From a virus: 43,233 nucleotides of DNA. The notes below the pieces were generated by a model. That model was given only the letters and a program-made list of their open reading frames with translations, was not told the DNA's origin and did not search any database. The translations under genes and the position numbers were made by a program. The stretch lies in IMG/VR virus record IMGVR_UViG_3300042114_000008, one strand, 5' to 3'. Shown here in pieces: positions 27,247 through 33,835 of the stretch; the first letter of the stretch is position 1, and each line of letters starts with the position of its first letter.

Positions 27247-27743
27247 TCTCTTGAGTAATCTACCTCTAAAGCTGGTACTGATTCTCTCATAATTCGTTCT
27301 CGTACCTCTTGTACCGGATGGAGTTTATAGTCTACTACATCATCTATCCATACTTGTGTTTTAATGTATGATTCATCACTGAAGAATACAATAACCTCTT
27401 TCTTATCTGTCTGAGCAATGAAACCTTTAGATATGAATATCTTAGTTACTTCATACTGTCTTTGTTTTGAGTTTATAGTATGCCCTACTGCATAATATAA
27501 TGTATTCTCTTGTGCTTGGTCTGCATATACAGTCAAGAATTCTAGTTCTCTATAGCTTTTATATATTCTAGCTATAAGATAATCTCTTTCCTTGATAAGT
27601 TTCTTGGCTTGTTCAATCTCATCTTTTATCCATTTGTTGTTGTCGTGTGGGTTGGCAATGTCTAGCATATGTTGCATAGCATTAACCGCCTCTTGGATTG
27701 TGTAAAATCCTTTGCCTTTGGCTCTTTCTGGTCTTATTCTCAT
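27243..27743 (-). CDS. Hypothetical protein; first gene after a 576-nt non-coding region
   Basis: 166-aa ORF. Confidence 0.5.
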   Translation of the reverse strand: MRIRPERAKGKGFYTIQEAVNAMQHMLDIANPHDNNKWIKDEIEQAKKLIKERDYLIARIYKSYRELEFLTVYADQAQENTLYYAVGHTINSKQRQYEVTKIFISKGFIAQTDKKEVIVFFSDESYIKTQVWIDDVVDYKLHPVQEVRERIMRESVPALEVDYSRD

Positions 27744-27961
27744 AGTAATCTACCTTTCCATACTAAGTAAAGCCTAACAATTAATCAATTAATTTTAGGT
27801 ACTCTTAATCCTTTTTATATATTATAATATAATATACCTTAAAGACACCTTAAACTTATAACAAATTGTAAAAAGATTTGTAAATTTATTTATTTATAAT
27901 CTCTTAAGAATTTGTTATCCCATAGAGCAATTACTATTGAACTACGGAAATAACTTCGTAC

Positions 27962-28025
27962 GAATATACAGTGGACTCGAACCACTTTATACATTAGCTT
28001 TATGTACAATCATCCTGAGTATACT
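27962..28025 (-). other. tRNA-like element lacking a D-arm (pseudo-tRNA or tRNA 3'-half remnant)
   Basis: Minus strand reads AGUAUAC-UCAGGAUGAUUG-UACAU-AAAGCUA-AUGUA-UAA-AGUGG-UUCGAGU-CCACU-GUAUAUU-C. The T-arm is canonical (5-bp stem, UUCGAGU loop) and there is a 7-bp acceptor-like pairing. The 5-7-bp stem carries a 7-nt loop that lacks U33. There is no D-arm, and the variable region is 3 nt. Confidence 0.3.
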
Positions 28026-28319
28026 ATGGAGCATCTTGTATTTTACTAGTTGAACCTTCCAGATGCCTGTAACTAAACCTACAGTCAAGTGCACTCGCTA
28101 TAGGACTTTGGTGATAATATCTTGTATGAGTTAAAAAATTAGTAGATATGCCCCATACATATTTTATGGACAAAATAAATTAATTTATCTAGCTAAGTAA
28201 AAATTAAGGTTTGAACAGTAATTTCTAGCTTATATGTAGCTTAATAATTTATACTAATAAAAGTTGTCCAATTTTATATGGTAGGGCATATTTAAAAATT
28301 TTATAGTTGAGCATTAAGA

Positions 28320-28589
28320 TTATGCTGACATAGCTCTTAGTTTATCTTGAAACTTGTCGAAACCTCTGTCAAGATTAGCCATTCTTCTTTCAGTTTTAGT
28401 CATCTTTGGAAGTCTTAATCCTGCAACATATCTTACATTTGAACCTGTAAAAGATTGTACGAATGGTACTCTATTTATTACATCTATAAATCTTTGTTTA
28501 AGCTCTGGCATATTCCGTTTCATTTGTCCGATATGTTTATCCGTATCTCTTTCTGCTGTCGTTCTTTTTTTACTACCGAATAAATTCAT
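28320..28589 (-). CDS. Hypothetical basic protein
   Basis: 89-aa ORF, K/R-rich, with an AAGGATG RBS. Confidence 0.5.
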   Translation of the reverse strand: MNLFGSKKRTTAERDTDKHIGQMKRNMPELKQRFIDVINRVPFVQSFTGSNVRYVAGLRLPKMTKTERRMANLDRGFDKFQDKLRAMSA

Positions 28590-28629
28590 TTATACATCCT
28601 TATATATTTTAAATTAAAGATGAGCATTT

Positions 28630-28911
28630 CTACTCATCTTCTCCTAGGAATTGTTCCCACAATGGTCTTTCAGTTCGTGCCTTCTTAATCATTTGGTACT
28701 TAATTTCAACAGTGTTTTGTACAATTGACTTTATGATTGTTTCTTCAGCTTCTGCAGTTTCAAATTGTTTTGGAAACATAGCTTTAAATACACCTATTAC
28801 GGTAGAGATATCCCTCTTTGCATACTCACGAGCATCAGCTCTCATACTTTTCTCGTCCGTTGCATACTCTTTTTCACTAGTTTTACTAGCTTCTTTTTTA
28901 ATTAATGCCAT
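28630..28911 (-). CDS. Hypothetical protein
   Basis: 93-aa ORF with an AAAGGATG RBS. A 7-bp stem-loop (AGATGAG-N8-CTCATCT, 28608-28629 region) follows its TAG stop. Confidence 0.5.
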   Translation of the reverse strand: MALIKKEASKTSEKEYATDEKSMRADAREYAKRDISTVIGVFKAMFPKQFETAEAEETIIKSIVQNTVEIKYQMIKKARTERPLWEQFLGEDE

Positions 28912-28940
28912 TATACATCCTTTGGTTTTTGATTTGGATT

Positions 28941-29088
28941 AGCAACGAATTGCTTTTTCACATAACTGCACGAAGTGCCAAAAAGAAACACAAATTATAG
29001 TAAGGTTAGAACCACAAAGGATTTGTGGAGTGTTAGCTTCAGTGTTGAGGTAGGACCTTTGTTAATGGAACGTTCCAGCTCGGCTGGA
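28941..29088 (-). promoter_or_regulatory. Cluster of short GC-containing hairpins and palindromes between the RNAP operon terminator and the next gene
   Basis: On the + strand: AGCAA-CGAA-TTGCT (28941-28954); GCAC-GAA-GTGC (28968-28978); CCACAAA-GGA-TTTGTGG (29012-29028); AGGT-AGG-ACCT (29048-29058); the 12-nt palindrome TGGAACGTTCCA (29066-29077); and TCCAGC-TCG-GCTGGA (29074-29088). Confidence 0.45.
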
Positions 29089-29090
29089 CG

Positions 29091-29122
29091 AAAAAAAAAT
29101 GTCAAGGCTTAGAAGCCCTGAC
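29091..29122 (-). terminator. Rho-independent terminator after the RNA polymerase genes
   Basis: Minus strand reads GTCAGGGCT-TCTA-AGCCTTGAC, a 9-bp stem with one G.U pair, followed by A and T9. It begins 3 nt after the stop of ORF 29125..30204. Confidence 0.8.
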
Positions 29123-29124
29123 TA

Positions 29125-30204
29125 TTAGCACAATCCATAGATTGAGTTTAAGATATGTTCTCTTAGCAGAGTTTTATATTTCTTTATGTGTTTGTATTTA
29201 CGACCATCTGCGATTTGTTCCATAATTTCGTATAGTAATTCTGAGTCTAGGATTTCACACATAATATCTTTCCATAATCCTATTAGTTCATCTACTTGGT
29301 TGTAGTGACATCCATAAGCATCGTGAATAGTATGTACGAAGAAATCTAGTCCCAGAATAATTCTTCTAGCAATGTATCCATCTATTGAGTGGATTAGGTT
29401 TGGAGCCATTCCAGCATTATATTTTGATGGTTTGTACTCTGTAACAAATCCAGTGTAGTGAAATCTATGTCCAGCTTTAGAAGTTCTTTCTGCTGTAATT
29501 TCATTTTCTGATTTAACATCATATTTAACATTGAATCCATCTGGAAGTGTCCATCTGTATATAGGAATGTGTTCGCTATTTAGCATTTGAATTTTAGCCA
29601 TAGCTTCCATTGCTTTAGGAGCAATAGAGTATAGAGCATCCTCGAATAATTTAGATAGCTCTGTAGTATCAACTTCACTACCGAAGTGTTTTTCCAAGAT
29701 TGGAACAAGAACATCCCAAGCTGATTGTTTACCATATAATGTTGTCATTAATGGTTTCTTTGTATGTTCACGAAGAAGTACATCTTCCTCGCCGATTAAA
29801 TTGTTTAGTTTATCAGCAAGTATTTGATATCCATCAATTCTTTGATGTGGAACATCTCCTATATTGCATACTCTAGCTGTAGATAAATCTCCAGTTAGTA
29901 TAGCATATAGTTGTAGTGCTTGATTTGAACAGTCAACATATTTTAGTCCTGAGACTGGTAGTCCATTCTCGTGCATTACATAATTATATATTGCTACCTG
30001 AAATAGTTTTGGTTCATCAGTATTTTTGAGTATCCACTCTGTGTCCATAAATTTAGCTTTCCATTCGTCTATATTAGCATCGAAGAATTCGTCTAGTTGC
30101 TCGAATAGTATTTTATCGTTACCGAAGTAAGATACTATATCTAGCTTAAGCCAGAATAGTCCTCTTGGTGTTAGCATTTGTTTAGGCATTGTGATTGTAG
30201 ACAT
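29125..30204 (-). CDS. Single-subunit (T7-like) RNA polymerase, catalytic C-terminal subunit (N4 RNAPII large-subunit analogue)
   Basis: 359 aa. VDCSNQALQLYA corresponds to T7 motif A (DGSCSGIQH). REHTKKPLMTTLYGK corresponds to motif B (RxxxKxxxMTxxYG). NLIHSIDGYIARRI...HTIHDAYGCH corresponds to T7 FVHSQDGSHLR...LIHDSFG (motif C). Confidence 0.85.
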   Translation of the reverse strand: MSTITMPKQMLTPRGLFWLKLDIVSYFGNDKILFEQLDEFFDANIDEWKAKFMDTEWILKNTDEPKLFQVAIYNYVMHENGLPVSGLKYVDCSNQALQLYAILTGDLSTARVCNIGDVPHQRIDGYQILADKLNNLIGEEDVLLREHTKKPLMTTLYGKQSAWDVLVPILEKHFGSEVDTTELSKLFEDALYSIAPKAMEAMAKIQMLNSEHIPIYRWTLPDGFNVKYDVKSENEITAERTSKAGHRFHYTGFVTEYKPSKYNAGMAPNLIHSIDGYIARRIILGLDFFVHTIHDAYGCHYNQVDELIGLWKDIMCEILDSELLYEIMEQIADGRKYKHIKKYKTLLREHILNSIYGLC

Positions 30205-30250
30205 ATTAGTTCCTTTAGAATAAGTATTATTGTTCCATTGTCATTATCAA

Positions 30251-30282
30251 TGTAAGTGTAGTTGTAAGGTATATGTAAGGTA
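30251..30282 (-). repeat. Three helically phased direct repeats TGTAAG(T/G)(G/T)TA in the spacer between the two RNAP subunit genes
   Basis: On the + strand: TGTAAGTGTA at 30251, TGTAAGGTA at 30263 and TGTAAGGTA at 30274, spaced 12 and 11 nt apart. The neighbouring hairpin AGTAACA-N13-TGTTACT (30296-30322) overlaps the upstream stop codon. Confidence 0.5.
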
Positions 30283-30317
30283 ATTGGTAATGAATAGTAA
30301 CAATCTGTTTGTCACTG

Positions 30318-31229
30318 TTACTCGAAGTTAGGAATTAGTCCTCCCTTTTTAATTGTGTTACCTTGTGGATTAATATCGTATCCAGTAGAATATATTCTAC
30401 CTCTGAAGTCGAAACGATATTCGAAGTGCATAGGAATTTCTTCCATGGTAGCATAAGTTTCCTCTGTAGATAACAGTAGGTCATTAGCTTTTTTTCTTGA
30501 CATTCTATCTGAATTTCCTTCTGATAGGAATTTGTCGTAGCTATAGTTTAATTCTAGCTCTTCATCTTGTGAGTGTATCCAAGATTGTTTTTGTAGCTTG
30601 TTTAATGCATCTAGCACTAGCTGAGGTTGCTTTTCAGAACCTCTGCCAGTTGTGCATTTACGCTTTGTTAGTTTATATCCTCCTCTTGATTTCTCTGTCC
30701 AATCATCTGGACATTCGATTAGAGGAAGTCTAAATCTATTGTATGTAGCTCTGAGATTTAAGTTCTCTGAGAATAATATCTCTGAACGAAGGTATGTGAA
30801 TGTTGCAAATTGCCCATCTTCCATACGCTTTACAGATTTAACGATGTCATAGAATATTCCATCGAATTCTGCTATGACATCCATAGCTACATTTAGTGAT
30901 TCCTCTTGGAACATTTTATTAAACTCTCTATCAAGATACATAGTTTTAATTACAGTTTCAAGTGGTATATCCCTTGTACTGGCAGTATGACCTTTAACAG
31001 GTATACCGCTCTTGTCATTTCCTAGGATTGACAGAAGTATTATTATTACTTCCATAATTTCTAGGTCTTCAGCTACTATTTCTCTAGCTGATAACATTTC
31101 GTGAAATTGTGGTATATATGAGTATACCGTTTCTGCGAACTCTGCAATTTCTTTGTTTAGCTCTTCGTGGAGCTTTTGGTTATCGAACTCTTGTTCGATT
31201 TGTAGTTGTGTGAGTCCTGCTATGTTCAT
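30318..31229 (-). CDS. Single-subunit (T7-like) RNA polymerase, N-terminal subunit (N4 RNAPII small-subunit analogue)
   Basis: 303 aa ending in FDFRGRIYSTGYDINPQGNTIKKG. This aligns with T7 RNAP MDWRGRVYAVSMFNPQGNDMTKG (DxxGR motif). It is immediately followed, after a 113-nt spacer, by the catalytic subunit gene. Confidence 0.75.
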   Translation of the reverse strand: MNIAGLTQLQIEQEFDNQKLHEELNKEIAEFAETVYSYIPQFHEMLSAREIVAEDLEIMEVIIILLSILGNDKSGIPVKGHTASTRDIPLETVIKTMYLDREFNKMFQEESLNVAMDVIAEFDGIFYDIVKSVKRMEDGQFATFTYLRSEILFSENLNLRATYNRFRLPLIECPDDWTEKSRGGYKLTKRKCTTGRGSEKQPQLVLDALNKLQKQSWIHSQDEELELNYSYDKFLSEGNSDRMSRKKANDLLLSTEETYATMEEIPMHFEYRFDFRGRIYSTGYDINPQGNTIKKGGLIPNFE

Positions 31230-31240
31230 TTGTTATTCCT

Positions 31241-31447
31241 TTAGAATTTGAAGTATTTAGTATCCTCTTTTACAGTCTTAGTAATCTCTGCCTTTAACAT
31301 ATTTACTAAGTCTTCAGATACAACATTGTTTCTCTTACATACTATGAATATTTCTCTGAATATTCTTTTAGCATCTGATAACTCTTGCTGAGACAATTGT
31401 GCATCAGTAGCTTTAGGTTGTTGTTTCTTGTCATTGAATAAACTCAT
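31241..31447 (-). CDS. Hypothetical early protein
   Basis: 68-aa ORF in the early region upstream of the RNAP genes. Confidence 0.5.
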   Translation of the reverse strand: MSLFNDKKQQPKATDAQLSQQELSDAKRIFREIFIVCKRNNVVSEDLVNMLKAEITKTVKEDTKYFKF

Positions 31448-31450
31448 AGT

Positions 31451-31837
31451 TTATACCAAGAAAGTACCGTGTTGAATACTGTGACTTCTTAGGAAGTATT
31501 TATTGTTTAATCTCTCTGCTCTTCTATACGATAGGTCATATGCTGAAGCATAGTCAATACCGTGAATAGCCATAAGATTGTTAGCTCTAGCTATTATCTC
31601 ATCGTTTGTTAGAGTAATGCTTCCGCTCTCGATAATGTTTTTGTTCATATTAGCTTCAAATCTCATTGATTTGTTTAGCAATACTATGAACTCATTAATA
31701 TTTCCATTGATTAAAGCTTCTGTGATTGCTCTTGAATAGCTTGTATTCATTGATTGTAATTGTTCGATTGCTTGAGCTTCTGTGATTGAACCTTCGATTA
31801 GGTCTTGGTTTAATTCTGTGTATGTGAAATTTGTCAT
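31451..31837 (-). CDS. Hypothetical early protein
   Basis: 128-aa ORF with an AAAGGATATAAAATG RBS. It is preceded by a conserved leader motif. Confidence 0.55.
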   Translation of the reverse strand: MTNFTYTELNQDLIEGSITEAQAIEQLQSMNTSYSRAITEALINGNINEFIVLLNKSMRFEANMNKNIIESGSITLTNDEIIARANNLMAIHGIDYASAYDLSYRRAERLNNKYFLRSHSIQHGTFLV

Positions 31838-31863
31838 TTTATATCCTTTAGATAAATTGGTAT

Positions 31864-31907
31864 ATTGCCTTTGGCACTGTAACGCTTACGGTTTAGTTCA
31901 TTGAACT
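31864..31907 (-). promoter_or_regulatory. Early-gene leader: 20-nt conserved motif plus a 5-bp/3-nt-loop hairpin
   Basis: Minus strand reads AGTTC-AAT-GAACT (31895-31907), then GTAA-GCG-TTAC, then GTTACAGTGCCAAAGGCAAT (31864-31883). The last contains the mini-hairpin TGCC-AAA-GGCA and ends 26 nt before the ATG. Confidence 0.45.
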
Positions 31908-31938
31908 CCATAGGACACACATAATATGTCCTAGCAAT

Positions 31939-32103
31939 TCAAATCCATTTGCTAAAATAATAAGCTATTTTATCATCTAGTCTTAATCTGTACCAGTAGC
32001 TTAGTTGTTGACATTCTATTAGTCTGTCTTTAAGTACTTCTACTGCGAATATTACAAGCAAACATATAGTTGCTATAGTTAATGCGTTTGATATTTCTTC
32101 CAT
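31939..32103 (-). CDS. 54-aa small membrane protein (not in the ORF track)
   Basis: Translation: MEEISNALTIATICLLVIFAVEVLKDRLIECQQLSYWYRLRLDDKIAYYFSKWI. It has an AAAGGATTAACAATG RBS and one TM helix. Confidence 0.5.
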   Translation of the reverse strand: MEEISNALTIATICLLVIFAVEVLKDRLIECQQLSYWYRLRLDDKIAYYFSKWI

Positions 32104-32126
32104 TGTTAATCCTTTAGATATAATGA

Positions 32127-32156
32127 GGCAATTAGCCTGTGTTGTAGCATTGCTAC
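32127..32156 (-). promoter_or_regulatory. Hairpins upstream of the 54-aa early ORF
   Basis: Minus strand reads GTAGC-AAT-GCTAC (32144-32156), a 5-bp stem with a 3-nt loop, followed by AGGC-TAATT-GCCT (32127-39). Confidence 0.4.
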
Positions 32157-32203
32157 ACTATTTAGTAAACACCATAGAACCATCAGAAGATAGCTCTAGC
32201 TGA

Positions 32204-32488
32204 TTACATACCAGTTGATGTCCCAAGGATAATTGCACCTGCAATACCTAAAGCCATACCAGCCAATGATGACATTGAATGAGTTTTGATAAGCTCTTTT
32301 CTATCGCTATTTGCATACTTAATCACTTGGATAAGCTCTGCATCAGATAGTTCTGCCAGTTCTGCTCTGAAGTATTTGTTTGCTATAGTTCTTGCTCTTT
32401 CAGTTCCAATAGTTGAATCTATTGCCATAAGTAATGGTGAAGTAGTAGCAGTTGTTTCCGTAGCAGTTGTATTAGTTGTAGTCGTCAT
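32204..32488 (-). CDS. 94-aa early protein with a Thr-rich N-terminus and a C-terminal TM helix; probably the first gene of the genome
   Basis: Translation begins MTTTTNTTATETTATTS and ends LAGMALGIAGAIILGTSTGM. I start it at the ATG at 32488 behind AAAGGATTTTACA. The track's TTG-started extension to 32578 covers the conserved leader and is rejected. Confidence 0.55.
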   Translation of the reverse strand: MTTTTNTTATETTATTSPLLMAIDSTIGTERARTIANKYFRAELAELSDAELIQVIKYANSDRKELIKTHSMSSLAGMALGIAGAIILGTSTGM

Positions 32489-32516
32489 TGTAAAATCCTT
32501 TGTGATTTGATTGTTT

Positions 32517-32589
32517 GTTGCCTTTAGCACAGTAACTCTTGTAGACCATATCAGTGTTGATATCCGTTGTATGTACAAGCTTGGCTTGT
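32517..32589 (-). promoter_or_regulatory. Early-gene leader: 20-nt conserved motif plus hairpins
   Basis: Minus strand reads ACAAGC-CAA-GCTTGT (32575-32589; 6-bp stem, 3-nt loop), then ATATCA-ACAC-TGATAT (32548-32563), then GTTACTGTGCTAAAGGCAAC (32517-32536). The last is 17/20 identical to the motif at 31864-31883 and ends 28 nt before the ATG. Confidence 0.45.
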
Positions 32590-33192
32590 GGTGTGTTAGA
32601 GTTGGTTATGTATTGTGTGTTAGATTGGTTGGTAATGGCTTATGTGTTTGCTGTGGTGTTTGAGGGTTCCTCATAACCCTAGCCTTACCATTTCTCCTAC
32701 CATCACATAACAGTGTTAGTGCTTGTAGTAGTAAAAGGAAGCTTAGTACGAATTACTAGCTTAGCATAGGGGGGGGGTGGTGTGGTTTTAGCCAGTTTCA
32801 CAGGCTCTGGGGTTGTGGGGGTTCATTCGTAATTTTTTTTGTGAAATTTTCGAGATATGAGCCACATTCAGTTGTTTTTAAGTTTGCATAAACCACATAT
32901 ATGCAACATAACTTTATATATTACACACATAATATCAACATATTATTATGCAGTAAGCAACATAATACGCACATATTGTATGTAACAAAAATCTCTTTGT
33001 ATTATAAAGGTAGCCAATAGATAGAGAATCCACTGCTGGCTACGGTTGTGGGCTCGACTGTTCTGCCTAACTACGGGTTAACGCAAGATATACAGATGGT
33101 ATATACATAGAAATGACTAGCATTAACTATGGTTGTAGATACGGTGTGTTCAATGGTGTGTGCTATGTGATAGCAGGTGGATTGAAGCACAG
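32590..33192. other. 0.6-kb non-coding block between the last late gene and the first early gene. Candidate genome terminus, terminal repeat or control region.
   Basis: No ORF with an RBS on either strand. It contains G9 (32769-32777), G4 and G5 runs (32809-32821) and T8 (32833-32840). Direct repeats: GTGTGTTAGAGTTGGTT (32591) and GTGTGTTAGATTGGTT (32615), and GCAACATAA twice (32903, 32957). Hairpins lie at 32663-32680, 32739-32762 and 33010-33043. Confidence 0.6.
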
Positions 33193-33393
33193 TTATTTCA
33201 TAACAATCTGTTTGTGAAAATAAGTATCTACTTGATGAAATGTACATATATCAGATGTTGAATAGTGTCCATTTTCATTTGGTTTGAGTCTTATTGGTTT
33301 AGCATTAAGCTCAAGGATTTGTGAGATTACTAGAGAAGCTGGAGCGTTGCTATCGAACTCAACAACTACTCCATTGTCTAGTTGTATTAACAT
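33193..33393 (-). CDS. Hypothetical protein (last gene of the late/lysis operon)
   Basis: 66-aa ORF starting 2 nt after the endolysin stop. Confidence 0.45.
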   Translation of the reverse strand: MLIQLDNGVVVEFDSNAPASLVISQILELNAKPIRLKPNENGHYSTSDICTFHQVDTYFHKQIVMK

Positions 33394-33394
33394 A

Positions 33395-33835
33395 CTAAGC
33401 CTTTAATTCAAAGTGTGGATAGTCTTGTAGTGTGTGCTCAGCAATGTCACCATCGCCATCCCAGTCTGCACCCCATACAAGCTCTACTCCTAATCTCTTA
33501 GCACATTTCATAACAACATCTTTTTGTTTATAAAATCTATCTAAATTGTTCCAATCAACTGGATATGGACAAATGTCGATAGCAAGGCTTGGAAGATGAT
33601 TGTGTTTAGATTTTTTAACAGTACCATCTTTATCGGTTACAGTTTTACCAGTCTTAACCCATCTTCCATTACTAAAGACTCTTCCTTGTTTATAAAGAGC
33701 TAGCTGCTCAGATGGAGTTCTATGTCCAAATACTATAGTAATGTCAAGCTCTTTAATAACTTCTAACATTACTCTTTTAATATCTGGATGACATGTATCT
33801 AATTTAGTTAAAGAAGCTTTACCAAAATTAGGCAT
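33395..33835 (-). CDS. Endolysin, peptidase M15 (VanY / L-alanyl-D-glutamate peptidase type)
   Basis: Motifs: HRTPSEQLALYKQGR, SKHNHLPSLAIDI (SxHxxGxAxD-like zinc site) and DYPHFEL. The start was set at the ATG at 33835, which has an AAAGGAG RBS. Confidence 0.8.
   Translation of the reverse strand: MPNFGKASLTKLDTCHPDIKRVMLEVIKELDITIVFGHRTPSEQLALYKQGRVFSNGRWVKTGKTVTDKDGTVKKSKHNHLPSLAIDICPYPVDWNNLDRFYKQKDVVMKCAKRLGVELVWGADWDGDGDIAEHTLQDYPHFELKA

Noticed and set aside
28146-28291. Inverted repeat ATATGCCC ... GGGCATAT flanking about 130 nt of AT-rich DNA.
   Set aside because: Only 8 bp (plus a separate 5 bp) actually pair, and the interior of the arms does not match. A single 8-bp inverted repeat is expected by chance within a 576-nt interval.
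32489-32578. N-terminal extensions of track ORFs: 32489-32578, 17553-17699, 15424-15468, 19575-19622, 22846-22869 and 33836-33871.
   Set aside because: The extensions start at TTG or weak codons, or overlap the preceding gene or conserved non-coding motifs. In five of the six cases an internal ATG with an AAAGGA-type RBS gives a start that fits the gene packing; at 17552 the RBS is weak and only the fit to gene packing supports the shorter start.
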